In this document: piece by piece, positions 45,872 through 59,664 of the stretch | How the letters are laid out: each line of letters begins with the position of its first letter | Numbering within the stretch: the first letter of the stretch is position 1 | Source: Strigamia acuminata | Taxonomy: Eukaryota | Length of the DNA stretch: 64,000 bases | Assembly: GCA_949358305.1 (NCBI GenBank) | Contig: OX442314.1 | Location: 13,144,001-13,208,000, forward strand | Reading direction: 5' to 3' | Program-made: the position numbers and the translations under genes | The notes under the pieces: model-generated | Databases searched by the model: none | What the model saw: only the letters and a program-made list of their open reading frames with translations | Told to the model about the DNA's origin: nothing

Positions 45872-48800
45872 TTGTTAAAACATGTTCAAACCAGAAGCAT
45901 TGGCGACCGGGGGCTCCAGACCGATGAAATTACAGACCCAAACCAGGAATGACTAATGCTTACACTCTTTCGATGTTATTAGTGGGAAAAATGGACAAAA
46001 TTTTCAAGTTGAAAAAGCTGCATTTCTCTCTTTAAATGTTTAGCTGGGCGAATCGGCGTTGCGTGAGGCTCTTGCTCGGTCGTGTGAAACCAGTGATCTG
46101 GATGGCAAAAGGAGGCGTTTCTGGTTTCATCGAATCTGTGATTCAAGAGGCGGCCAGCATGGCCTCCAATATTGAAGGAGCAGAAGATGGCTGACACCCA
46201 TCACACCTTGTTTAGGAGAGGAGAGAAATGAAATCTGTGCAGCTGCACTCAACAAAACTACAAAGGCCAAGTCCAATGCCATGGAATAGAAATCGAAAAT
46301 TCACTTTTCTGCACTCAAAACCAATTCGCCAGAAACTGAACACGTTTGATGTTGGATTTTTGTTTAAACTTGAATGGTATTGTGGGAACGGCCTTGTTTC
46401 ATTGCTTTTATCTTATTAAATAAGGAGAATATAGCTGGTGCAAAGAAAAAGGTCCAGAGCAATTTTGTTGGAAAAGCCTGACCGAAGTGGGGTCACCTAA
46501 AGATCAAAAAAGATTTTTATAATATTATTGCAACGTTGGCACTTATTTGTTCAAACCGAAACTTATTTTATCTAAGACTATCACATCAACGATGGTTTGC
46601 GCCTCGCCTGGGATCTTGATGACAAATTTTCATTGGGCATCCCACTGTGCGTATACGGTTTTATAATTTCCGATGGTATTTACCTTAATACATTCCAAAA
46701 TTTGTAGCGTTTGGTGGAATTAAGTAGATTATTTGTACATTTAATAATTTATTTCATAATACTTTTTGCAAAATAATGTATTTTGTTGTTTTGTGCCATT
46801 CAAGATGTTAAATTCAAATTGTAATTTTTTTGCTTGTTGTTGTTGTTGTTGTTGTTATTGTTTGTGAAAGAATTTTTTATTTGCCGAGTTTTGTGCACAA
46901 TGCGCAGTTTGAATTTGGGATCAAGCGTCTGTGTGCATACGAAAATGGCCAGGGGACAAATAATGCTAAAAAAATGATGTTAAGAAATTCCCAATCTAAG
47001 AGGAATTTTCGTTTGCTTGTCTCCCCACCCCCCCCCCCCCCATCCCCACAGCAAGCAGGAAATCTTTCTTCTTAGAACCGGTAAATGTTTTCTACTGTCG
47101 ACTGGACAACTAGGCAGTGCAGTGGGCATTAGGGAATAACTCATTTGGGGAACGTCTCAATTGGAGTAAAATGAATCAATTTTTGTCCGCGTGAACAATG
47201 CACAGCTTAGATCTATGTTGGCAGTTGACCAATTTGCACATTGCCCACGTTCCTCGCGCGTTTTAAACATAGTTCACGAGCTTGCTTTGTCGGAAATCTC
47301 ACAATTGCAGCAAATTCCATAGCTTTTCATCAAACAAGGAGGGAATAAAAAGAAGTAAGCAGAAGCAGTACTTTGGCTTGAAATGTGGAGACTAATCAGA
47401 TTGGACTGAGCGACACAAAGCGTGACTGGTATTAAAGGGGTAACACGAAAGGCTGTAACACGAAATGGATTGCAATCAATTTCCCACATGCCAATCTTCA
47501 ATATTTGAAAAATGTATGGGAAAATGCGGATGAGTTTTTTGATTTTCTAATTCGGCCGTCTATTAACGACGTTTAGGCCGAGATTGACATGTTACAAATT
47601 GCATTAGGGGACACGCAAGCTTTTGATTTTGAGCAGCGATAGATAGCATTGTGCTCGTATACCTTTTGTGCGTTAGCATATTGCGCCGCCCTGCATTGAT
47701 ATTTGTAGAGGCGAGTTTCCTCTTTTCACGCCCGCTGCAATGCCAGCGACACAAAGGCATTGTAAGACAAACAGAGTGAACGAGCTGGCTGGTCATTGTC
47801 CGATTTGTGTGGGTTGGTCAATGGTCTTCTTGTTTATGACCGTGTGGAGTGAAATGGCCCCAACTGCCATCTATTTTATTGTTAGGACTTAAGATATGTT
47901 TCCCAGAGCTCTGTTTTTCTTTAAAACTTTGTTTGTTGCATTAAAGATTTAATTTAACTCGGTTTGAAAACATGGAAAATTGGTGCTGCCCCCCCATATG
48001 GTTCAAAAATACGTTGGAGTTATATTGCAATGTTGTTTGAAATATATTGGGCTTCACGAGAACGCATTTTCTAATACATTTTTTCAAGCTCTTGGTTTGT
48101 TTGTAATACATTTTTTAAAATTGCTTATGAAGTGCATTTTCAGTATTATTATTTGTCAAATATGAATGCATTTTGAAATGCATTTTTTTAAAATTGTATT
48201 ATGAAATGCATTATTTAACGTACAAATAATAAATGCAAGCGAACAGCAATATATTGTAAAATATATGTAGAAACAATTTTAGTAGGTTTTTCCAAAAATT
48301 TTGTAGGAAAATATTTTTAGTAAATCATGTTTTTAGACTAATTAGACTACCACTTTTTAATTGGAATTACTGCTCTAGCTCTTATCGTTCAAAAGTTCCA
48401 AATTGAATTCTGTCCTTCCCAAGGTTAGAGGTCAAATTTGAGGATGCCATCAGATTCGCAATGGATGATTTCCTGTATGAGTTTTTTTTTAGTTTTCTGA
48501 TATCTCAAGCATTTTGGAAATTATTTGGGGGGTGCAGACTTTTGGGACACCCTGTATATATAGTTGATAAAGGGGCTCCGAAAAAACCTCAAGCCTAGGG
48601 CCCCAAAAAAGCTAGATCCGCCCCTGGGTGCAAGTGTTCCTAAAGGGAGACTTGTTAGATTGTAATTTATTATAATTAAGAATAAAAACATTTAGTTTTA
48701 AATATTTAAAGTGGCTTTTACTTAGGTTTTTTTATGTTGGGAAGAACTCAATTAAGAGTTGCTGCTCTCTTTAGGTTTGTAGTAAAATGGAGATACCGGT

Positions 48801-49342
48801 AATGGAATATTGGGAAGGAAATAACACATTTAAAAGTGGATCGATGTTGGCCTGATGATAATTCAACTCGATGGAGGGTTTTTGGCATGAAAAGATGGAT
48901 TCTTTTGTATTGGTTTTAAGATATGTGGATTTTTTCGAGTTTGAACATCTGTTTGATATGCAGTGTGTTTGGTCTTGTTTCGTCGGTTGAGTAATTTCCA
49001 AGTGGAGTTGGAACAGGCAGTTCGAAAGACATGGCAAAAAGTGCTTTTTGAGGTTCGCAGGTGCGTCTTCCTGCGCAGTTCACTAGGTGAATGTAAATTA
49101 GGAAATTTTCTTTTTCCTTCACACTGTGGTGAATCCTATTTTATTTTGCTGAACGGATATTAGGTTGAAGAAAGAATATGTAACCCATTGTGGAGAGGAA
49201 ATAAAAAAAAATTGTGCTTGTCAGTTGGTTTTGCCAATACGAATCCAACAAATGTCAAATGTTGAAAATGTGTAATGATAATTTTTTTTTTTTGGGCAGG
49301 AAATGATTGGATGTTTGAAATTTTAAAAATAAAAATTAAAGT

Positions 49343-49731
49343 TATACTCTGAGCCGAGACAAAGTTTTCCTATTTCCCAATTGGTTGAGACGGATTACGC
49401 CTAACTGTGGACTGTGCTCTTCTACGCGGAAAAGTAGTTGTGTTTATTTTCAATGAATTTTAGTGTAAAATGTGAGTAGAATGAAGGATTTTATTTATTT
49501 GGTCATAAAATATTTATTTTATTTGCTGAAATAAGCTTTTTTTCCTTTTAATCGATCAAACAATGTTAGTACAGTTTGTTGGTTTTTTTTGGCAGGTAAA
49601 CAAAGGATTAGTTTTTTATTGGTTGTTTTGCCTAGTTAGAATACAATTTTGGTGTTATGGGCTACTTTTTTGTGCCACTACACCAGTGATTCGGCTTGAG
49701 TTAGGACAACGTTGTTTCGGCTCAGAGTATA
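49343..49731. mobile_element. TATACTC-family MITE
   Basis: TIR tatactctgagccga.acaa.gtt.tccta. Core tacgcctaactgtg.actgtg...ggaaaagtagtt and ggtgttatgggctacttttttgtgccactacaccagtga. Confidence 0.85.
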
Positions 49732-49840
49732 TTTATAAATCAGACAAACACCAAAACAACCATATCATATTGCCAGCGCAGCGGAGATAATAAAACTGAA
49801 TTCGACAGATAAACACATAAATGGAGATTAAAAAATACAG

Positions 49841-50257
49841 TAGGCGTGTTCAAAGTTTTGGTTTTTATGGTTTTTACCGTTTCTATAAACGGAAAGACAT
49901 CAAAAACAGCCAAAATCCATCACCAAAAACCGCAAAAAACCAAAACCACGACTGGAGTTTGGTTTTTACAACCAAATTCAAAATGGCTGCCTCGTACATT
50001 AGATTGATGGATCAGACTTTCAAGTGTCACTAACACTTTGAGGTGAAGCATCCACCTCCCAAAACGTAAATAAATGCTAGGGTTACAACCACAATTTGTT
50101 GGTTAAATGAAAGAAAAGGAATTTTTATGCACTATGTACTCGCGCGATTGCGACGCACAAACGATACAATAAACGGGTCTAAAACGAACCAATTTACGGT
50201 TAGGCATATTTTTGGCCGTTTTTATAAACGGTATAAACCGAATCTTTAACGCACCTA
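49841..50257. mobile_element. TIR element related to the TAGGYGCRTTCRAA family
   Basis: taggcgtgttcaaag ... ctttaacgcaccta termini, subterminal ccgttt.tataaacgg palindromes, and internal caaaatggctgcc. Confidence 0.6.
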
Positions 50258-51079
50258 TTGAAATTATACTACAATGTATTTTGAAATGCATTGGGTATTC
50301 AAAAAGTCGTGTTTTAGGTGTACGTGTTTTGGTTTTGTGATGATACTTTCTTGAATGTTTGTGTTTACGGCCTTAACTTAACACACACCAAAGCACAAAC
50401 ATTTCAAATGTAGCGTTTTAGCAAACAACTGCAATTGTCTTGGAAGATTGTGTGCATTTGAAGGGGCATTCTGAAGGCAGACATTGTGTTTCCGCCAAAT
50501 CTAACTACTTCTGCATGTATTCATTTAATTTTCTTATTGTCAATGCATTGCAACAATTGTAAACACGAATATAAAACATCTACACTCAATAAGTAATCAG
50601 AAAACATGGCAAAATAAAGCCGAATCTTAAAACACTTTAAATAATTTTGAATGAAGAAGTCGTTTTTACGTTATAAAGTTAAATACGACTTTTACTTCGA
50701 CGGTATTTTGAATAATAAAAAAAGATCGTTTAATGATTTGGAATACTTTTGAGTCGACTCTTTCTTCGGACCAGATTCACGGCATCTAGACTGAGATTGG
50801 TGGACAAGAAATGGCGTTATATGCATACGGAATGGACCATAAAATGGGCGACCGAGTTAGTCGTAAAGTTTCGAGGCACTTGTGATAAAAGTTTTTCCAT
50901 TGGGTCTGATTGCCCCCTAGTCACGAACCACTTTTTCAAATCTTGACCCTTAGAACGTCAACCCTGAGTATTTTACTTCAACTTTTACTTAGAATTTTTC
51001 GCTTCCACAAAAAGAAATAGAAAGAAATAAATAAAAAGAAAAATATCAAATTTAAACATCAGTTTTGAAATATATAAAG

Positions 51080-51332
51080 CAGTGGTCGGCAATAGGCGGT
51101 CCGCGGTCCGTATCCGGTTTTGTTGGTTTTTCGGTGTTTTTTCTTGTTTTTCCTGTTTTTTCCGGGTATTTTTTGGGTCGTGTGTGTTTATTGGGGGGGT
51201 TTTATTTGGTTTTTAAGTGTTTTTTCCGTTTTCTTAGGTTTTTAGTAAGGTTTTTAAGTGTTTTTTTTCTGGACCTCGATAAAAATTTTCAATAGTATCC
51301 GAACCCCACTTAAAATTATTTGCCAACCCCTG
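51080..51332. mobile_element. hAT (Charlie-like) MITE
   Basis: cagtggtcggcaa / ttgccaacccctg termini. 8-bp TSD atataaag / gtataaag (7/8 match). Confidence 0.8.
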
Positions 51333-54327
51333 GTATAAAGGGTGAAGTGGATCCCCAAATTTCTACATACTTTTGCAAATTGCGGAATGAGACCTTTTCC
51401 CCGGTTAGACATTAAGAATATCCCATGACTCATCACATCCTCACGAGAAACGATAAAAAAAAAATAAGTTGAGAACTGCAGCCATTATTCAAGCACGACG
51501 TGAAATCGCTGTTTTATGACTCCATCCGTTATGCTTTGGTTTCTCACTTTGCTGCCATTTTCTGGCGCTCCGTCTTACATTTTGCCTAATAAAACCCTAA
51601 ACAATTTGCCACCATTTCGTGTCTCCCTGCGCTATGAATTATCAAAAATTCATTAAAAATCGAATAGGAAATTATGATGAAGAAACCTAAATTAAAATCT
51701 TGATGGATGTAACTATAATGTTCTTTTTTTTTGTCTTCTTCTTGGGATGGGGTATTTACGAGAGGTCGTCTTGGAGGATGGCTTTTAGCAATAGAGGTGG
51801 CGTTACGTGATATATCATATTGTTGTGCGCAATAACTCTTGTTCAAATCGGCATGTGGTCATTAATTCTTTAGGAAAAAGGATTATACGCCGAGAATACC
51901 ATCTATTAAGGAAAGGAGAAAATTTTAGTGTCGTTTTTGATTTGAGCCATCTGTCTCCAGACAATAGACTCGTATGAATCTTTCTATTAAAGAAGGAATT
52001 GTCTGAGCCTTAATACCAAGAAACTGTGTTTTTTTTTTCTCCGAAAGAGATTTAACCAATGAAACGTAATGATTTGTGACATGTGTGTCTGGTTTGTCTG
52101 GAATTGTTGAGCAAATCAAACTGAAAGTTGAAATTAAATTGAAAAATAATACAATAAAGCAGAAAAATTGTTGATCAATAATGCAGAATTGATAAATTAA
52201 TGAACGCACAAGTCGTTTGGTGTCATGGAGCTCGGCCAAACAAATTTACAGGCAAGTAATGCGTTTTAAATGTAAATAATAAATAGTTTTGCAGAATTTT
52301 TCTTGTTGGAATGACGAAAAATATCTTTTTTCTCGTCATTAATAGGCGAAGTTTAGACATTATTTTGTTATGCAAAGGAAAAAATGAAAGCATCAAGCGC
52401 GGGTTTAATGGAGGCTCTTACTATTTGTTGTTTACAGATAAGAAACATTATATACCCTGTTGCCAAACGGAAAAGACTAACTCAGCAACTTGTCGTGCGA
52501 ATATATTGCAAACCGGCAGATACTGTGTAGGGATACAAATCTGTGGTTAGAAAGCAGTTGCTTCGACCGTTTCTCCCCAAACACCCACGGATCGCGAGAT
52601 ATGCGTGTCACAAGCTGCTGAGTTGCTCGTTTTTTGTTGTTGATGATGCACACACACTTTCAAGCAGTCGATAGTGCAGTTTCTAATTGGATGTTGTATA
52701 TTAAATAGACTGAAATCTGGGAATTGTCAGTACATGCGCGAGAAGTTTGACAACTTTCCTGCAATGCTTGACGTCTTGCTGTGAAGTGTGAGAAACTAAA
52801 GAAGGGGATCAATTTTTCTTTTTTTTGTTTCGATCGTGCGTGTGCATTGTTTTATAATTTACTGTGTTCATGTTGCTGCTTTATTATTAACTTTATGCTG
52901 TGGAGGTATTAAAAATGTGTAAAGCTCAGCCTTTGATGAAGACACAATGAGTCTTGGCAAGGTGTTTGACCCACGTATTGATTTACAGGAAAATATGGCG
53001 GGAAATGCACAGGTCACGTCAATTCGCGTTAAATCTCGTTTGGTTCATTGTTTCGCAGCTTTAATATTCAATTCTTTAGTGTTGGTTTTATGTCGGAAAT
53101 AAATTTTAGGAGAATTTTTTATAAATTCGCGAACTATTATAAATTCATTAGAGAAATGTAAAATTTTGTTATTTTTATGTTTAAAAAATAAAATAAAATA
53201 AAAAAATGATTGTTATGCTTTCATGTAAAGTTTCCGCTCGGTTGACGTGAATTTTTAGTGATCTAACGAGCCATTTTGTTTTTAAGGTGCTCTGGAAGCA
53301 CTGGGAAAGTTTCATAAGCAATTTAATTCAATAATTTATGTAATTAGCGGAACATCTTTCCATGCGCTTAAGTGGAATGGTCATGTGAATGGTAAAATGT
53401 TGTATGCATTTAACATCAGCAATCTAACATCGTTTCCTGAAATTATTTATTTCCTATGAAATTCATACGGCCGCTGCATATCGTTAACAGATATTAAATT
53501 TTGTTTTTAAAGCTTGAATCATACCGCTATTCAAGGTATGATGTTCGTGTAATTAATTTTAAGCGCAAAACTCTGACCTCGTATAAATAAAATGCAAGTT
53601 TCGTTGTCTGGATTTTTTTTTTTACGATGCAGGTATGAATTATTCATTCTAATATCATCGGTTAACTGTAACCAACTCTTATGCTAATGTTAGGAAATAA
53701 TTTATAGGCGAGAAATGAATTTTTATTGATTTTTTTTTGTGTTTAAAAAAGATGTATTGAAAAATTTTTTTTTTTAAAAAAATGAGATTGATTACATGAT
53801 TCATGCTCAATAAGGCAAAGTGCATAAATTTATTTTGGGATTTCTAATGCAATTTTTTTTTTAAATTAACGTGAATGGGAATTTGAGAATAATGGGTATT
53901 AAAATTTGGCTTGACAAAGCCTGGATTTTAATGGCATGCTGATTACTTTCAAAGTCTTGATGGCAATTAGGCTTTTCATGTTGATTTGCGAGCAGCGCCA
54001 CATCACAGTCAGAGCTCCTGATTCTCATGAGAAAATTAGGCTTTCTTAATTAAAAATTGTTGTGTCCGTCTTTATTTATGAAGAGATTGCCGTTGTCATA
54101 GTCTGTATTTGCCATTGCGTTTTAATTACTTCAAACAAATAGATTTTTGCGAATTAAAAAAAGAAATATTTCTCATTAACTTGGAGTGACTTACGGCAAG
54201 AAAACTTATCTGCGTTTTTAGATAAGAAGTTCATCACTTACTCATTTTTTTTTTACTTTTTTTTTTAAAATAAAAATTTGTCTTTTATTTTCACTTTTTG
54301 TCACCATACGGCACTGTGTCTACACAG

Positions 54328-54621
54328 CAGCGATTCTCAAACTGGGTCGGGACCCACTGGTAGGTTGTGAGTCGATTTTTGGTCGGTTGCGAAATGTTAT
54401 TGATATTGAATGTATTTTTTTGATGATATAAAAATTAAGTCATAAAAAATTGAAAAAGGAAATGTGCTTCCATCTAACTTTAGAGGTTATGATGAGATTC
54501 CTTTTTCTAGCTAGTAAATAAGTATCACTGAAAAAATTCAATGTGCCGGGGATGAAGTGGGTTGCGATAAATTGTTTTTCTAAAAAGAGTGTCATAATGT
54601 TAAAAAGTATGAGAACCCCTG
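54328..54621. mobile_element. hAT (Charlie-like) MITE
   Basis: cagcgattctca / tgagaacccctg termini. Degenerate 8-bp TSD ctacacag / ctgtacag. Confidence 0.7.
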
Positions 54622-54762
54622 CTGTACAGGGTGAGTCAAAAGCTTGGGCACACATTTTTTCTTGAAATTGACTGAAGATGAAGATATATTACAGTAATGT
54701 GCTGATTATTTTTTATTATTTTTTAAAAAAACATTTAACTAAAATGACTAAGATAAGTTGCG

Positions 54763-55224
54763 TATACTCAAACTCACCATAAGAGACACACCACTAACAA
54801 CAGTTCCTATTGGCCGAGCCCACCGGAAACTGTGGCCGAGCCTATTTACTCCTTACTGCTCCCTGTATTATTCTACCAGGAAAAGTAGGTTTGTTGTGAT
54901 TTTTATTACTTTGATTATTTTCGGTGTTTGAAAAGATGTAAATTGACTTAGATGTAGTAATAAAATATTTTAAAAAGTCTGAAAGCAATGTGTTATGTTT
55001 TAACTTCTTCAAATTACATGATTGTTTAGTTCGTTAAATTTATCGGTTGCTTTCTCCAGCTGGTTTTCAAATGTAAGATTGATTGTTATGTCTGGACACA
55101 AAATGGCTTCCCGTAACTCAAGCGTTTGTATTTTGGCCTACTTTTATGTAGCCCTACACCAGTGAATAGGCGGCCAATAGGAACTGTTGTTAGTGGTGTG
55201 TCTCTTATGGTGAGTTTGAGTATA
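54763..55224. mobile_element. TATACTC-family MITE
   Basis: Perfect TIR of more than 50 bp, tatactcaaactcaccataagagacacaccactaacaacagttcctattggccg. Shared core ccaggaaaagtag and ctacaccagtga. Confidence 0.92.
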
Positions 55225-56604
55225 GTACTAACTCTGAATGTCACGAACGTACGTTCATCGTTCGTGAGGTTAAATACGGAAACAATAGCGTACTTTTGCA
55301 AAAATACGTTATTCTTGGTGTCTCAGCTGCGGCTACAATTCGAGGGAGACTCTTAATCGGTAAAATACGGTATTTTCAGTCATTTGGACTCAGACTCACT
55401 CTCTATAGTTCTGCGCAAACTCTGCCGAGTGAATTGGAGTTTGCAGCAGAATGGCATTTTAAATAAGTACGATCAATGAAGATTTCCATTTATTATTATA
55501 CCTTAATCTTTCACGCTTTAGGTTTAAAATAACTTTTTGGGCAACATCATTTTCTTCTTTTTTAAATTCGTAACTGAAACAAAAGTTTTTAACTCACCGT
55601 ATCAAAAAAATAAAATAAAAAGAATAATTAAAAAATAAAAAAAAATTCGGTAATCTTTTGGATGCTCAGAAGTTAAATTTCCCTCAATCACCATTCTTTT
55701 GTAATTACCTAGAATCTAATCCAAGACTTAGAAGAAAAAACACAAAGACGTGTTTTTTAGGACGCAATTAGTGCTCGTTGGATTGAAAGATCAATTTTTT
55801 TTTTACTGGTTGGCATGACAACTAGGGGATACAGAATTGAGATCCAATTCAGTTGAAATGATGCTTAAATAATTATTAATTGGGTTTTCTAGTCTAAATC
55901 TTAACGTATGAGGTTTGTGTTAATATTTGTGCCATAATTAGACGTCGGCAATCGGAGCGTATTAACGATGTCGATTCAACATAATTAAGACAAATGAATT
56001 TATTTATTTTTTATTAGTACGACTGCGAAATCTAATCGTAATTGATTGCTATTTGAAATTGAAAAAGTGTTTTGATTTTAAAATAGAGGTTTCAAGGGTT
56101 TAGGTTTAATTAGATCTGTACCTGTTTCTAATGCGTCTAATGAACGACAATGTGGAACAGGGTAAGAAAGATTGATGTTGTTGCTTAAGCCACATGTTGT
56201 GGAAGATAAAGAGCAACAATTAAAAAAAGAGCTAAGAATTTGCATATTTTTAGAATCAATAGCTGCTGTTTATTACGTAGTTTTTGAAGTTTTGGCGCAA
56301 TTCTAAGGATATTTTTGAGAATTTAAGGCTGGTTTTTAATTTTTTTGGCCTACTTGTATAGGAAAATGTGTGCTTATTCACACTAAAGCGCTTTTATTGA
56401 TCTGTGGAGGCACTTTGTTCGTATATACGAAATGTATTATTATCATAGAGCTATTAAGCGTGATTTTTCTTTACCTGCAAATTTACTCTTGAATTATGAG
56501 TTTTCGGCTTTGATTGTGTTTCTGTTGCTATCCAAACGCACGATAATAAAAAATTAGATTTTTCTAGGGACAAAGTTTCCATTTGTTTTTGGTTTTTGGT
56601 GTAA

Positions 56605-57196
56605 AGCTAAGTACACATGAGACTTTCAGACTCTGTATATTCAGAGTCTGAAATTTCAGGATGTCACGCTGCGCGCGAAATAATTCCGCCTGTGTGTTTG
56701 GCTGTGTCATTCCGTGCGCGGAAATTGTTTGGTACACACAATCCGTGCACGGATTGTTTGTACCAAACAATTTCCGTGCACGTGTTGTAAATACAAATGG
56801 CGACCACTTTTAAAAAATGTTGGAGTTAGATTGTGCAAAATAAATGGATTGATGTATTTTTAAATTAATAATTAATAATAAATAATAAAATAAATTAATC
56901 AAACATTTTTAGTATTATCTGTCTTTGTATTCAGTATCCACCTCCACACCTTGTGTACGACCGGTCACGATCGGTTGCATTACCACAATGCATTCTGGGT
57001 ACTCAGAATCTGTTCGTGCACGGAAACAATTCAAGCTATTCCGTGCACCATCACTGCCGGAAAGAATAAAATTTCGGTTGCCAGAAAGTTTCCGTGTGTG
57101 GTAAGCGGAATCATGTGTACCACACTGACCCAAACTTTCGGCCATACACGGAAAGTGATCATTTCGTGCACGGAATCAGGTCATGTGTACTTAGCT
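56605..57196. mobile_element. Harbinger-like MITE
   Basis: Perfect 16-bp TIR agctaagtacacatga, TAA/TTA flanks, and repeated ccgtgcacgg-type palindromes in both arms. Confidence 0.8.
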
Positions 57197-57504
57197 TTAA
57201 TGTGAAGAGGGAAAAGACGACAAAAATATGTCTAACTATGAATGTGTGTGGGATTATTTTGTGTTTGTGTATGGTTAAGCTTATGGTTTAGTTCTTGAAT
57301 TTTACGAGTGAATGGCAATTAAAATCCCTTCATTTTCACGCGATGAGCGAATTATGACCCACTTATTTCAACACGCTTCTGGTTTTGCTCACTTTTTTGG
57401 CATGGATGCTTCGCCTGCAAGCATTACAAGTTCAACACTTGATATATAGTGTGGCAGCCATTTATATTTTGGTTTCTATTTTTGCAGTTTTGCTTACAGA
57501 AACA

Positions 57505-57727
57505 CATTAGAACGCCGATTATCCGAACTAATTGGGCGACATAGGTGTTCATAAAACCGATTTGCTCGCGTAGTCGGACACTAGGTATACGTACATAAAT
57601 AAAAATAAAAAAATCGATAAAAATTGATTTAAAAACAATTTAAAATAATCGATAAAAAAATCGATCACCGCCGTTTGGATAGTCGGTCGTTCGCTTGACC
57701 GACGTTCGGATAATCGGCATTCCACTG
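57505..57727. mobile_element. Tc1/mariner (pogo/Tigger-like) MITE
   Basis: TIR cattagaacgccgattatccgaac / gttcggataatcggcattccactg. Confidence 0.8.
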
Positions 57728-58852
57728 CACGAAGAACAGCAAAAACAAACTGAGAGTGGCACTTAATCATTTTTAGAAGAAAAACACATCAGATGTTACA
57801 CTTTATTAGTTAATGGAGCGCAGCAAAGCTTTTGAGGTTTAAAAATGTACAGATTTCGTGACTATCTAAGTTAGTTGTATCATTAAAAATGTAAAAGAAT
57901 GAAATGTCACATGCGTGCAGAAGCAGTAAGTGCACTAACGTATAATGTCATTTATTCGTTTCTTAATACTCATTGGAGCAGCCATATGTGCGTGGTTTTT
58001 ACGGGTTACGAAAGAAAGCGACTCTTGTTCGCTTTGGTTTGGGTGACTATAATGTTCGAAATTGCCTTCATAGCCCGAAAAAAGGAAACTGAAGACGAAT
58101 CAGCGGATGGGCAAAGCGCCAAGTGAAAACAAATGACCAAAGGGAACCCCAAAGTAACGCATCAGATCAGATGGCCTGGCCGCGAGGATCTTTCTCAAAC
58201 CTCTTAAGATGAATCACAAGATCCTGTCGTGATTTTGCTATTTATTTATGTTTATTATCCGAGATAAGGCAAAAGCTCTTTAATCGTTGGCTTTCCTTGG
58301 AAAAAATGTCTACCTTTTATTAACTTATTTCGTTTTTTGAGATTTGAAATGGCGTTGGGAGAAAATTGACTTTGTGTAAGTGTGCGGGATTGACGTGGGA
58401 ATTCTTTTTTATCTGTCCTATACTGTAATCTTACATGCATTGATCGCCATCAAAGTTTATTCAATCGAAGTGTAGTTCCGACATTGATTTTGCATATTGG
58501 CCATGGAGGAGAGTAAAAAAGAAGTGAAAAAAAGGTGGAAAGTTGCCAAATAGTGTTCGTGTTCGAGTGAGGTAAAAATAAAAAAAGGGGAAAGAAAATA
58601 GTTGAATGGTCATTCGACAGTCGTGGAACTTCCTTTCTCAGGAAATGGTTCAATGTTCTATGGATTTGAGACGTTTAAAAAAATATTGGAATAATACACA
58701 AACATAGTTGAGATAAATGTGGGCTTGTCGTCAATCCGAAAGGAAGTGAGATAACATTGAAGCGGACGACGAAGCATCGAGTTCGAAGATTCGTGTGTAA
58801 TAAAATTGATAAATGACATAAAGGGCACGAAAATCCCAATAAAAACTACAAG

Positions 58853-58890
58853 AATAGGCCTTTTCAATGTTTAGATCATCGTCAGTAGTA
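58853..58890 (-). ncRNA. Second degenerate Penelope-type hammerhead motif
   Basis: Minus strand: CTGACGA-T-GAT-CTAAAC-ATT-GAAAA-GGCC-TA. Same layout as 6854-6893, but stem I pairs poorly. Confidence 0.45.
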
Positions 58891-59664
58891 AAGTACCTAG
58901 CCAGAACCTAAATGCTTGATTTCTGGTTGGTAAGAACGTGGTAAGAAATACAGATTTGGATCTTGCGGAACTGAGATGTGCATTTTAGCACGGTTTCTTA
59001 GTGGAAGTTTGTCCGATAACTTTAAATCTCTACAAACAAGCTCAATGTCTTGTACAATTTCATGATAACCTTGATGCCAAACCCAAACTGTGCATCACAT
59101 TGTGCACAGGCATTAACACAGCGATTGCCAAGCTCGTTGCACACAAAGGAAATAAATCAACAATATTTCAGTAGCATGATGTAAATTACTTTTATTAATG
59201 AATTTATTGTTGTTAATTTTTGCATTATAAGCCGTAATATTAGGCTCAACACTGCTAAATAACGACTGGAATTAGGAAATCATCTGCGCAGGATGAATTT
59301 GGCATCAAGATATGGGACGCGTACTGTAATTAAAGTTTATTAAATGACTCCAAATCAGGAGCATAGAACTGTGGGAACTGAGATTTGTTTACACAATTTG
59401 TAATACCATGTTCACACCAAGCTTTTGGATCTCATCCGAAGCTGCGGATCTAGATCCAAGATTGGTGTGAACACTGAACTCTGTTCACGGATCTAGATTC
59501 GTGTGCCCAAGAACTCCGGTCGTCAATCGAGTTCCCACAACTCGATTCGACGATTGGATTTGGTTTGATTGAATCACATTTTGGTGTGAACACAACTCCA
59601 TAAAAACATCTATCGCAATGCGCACCTTTTTTTGATAATTAATTAATAGAGTGGTTTAATGACA

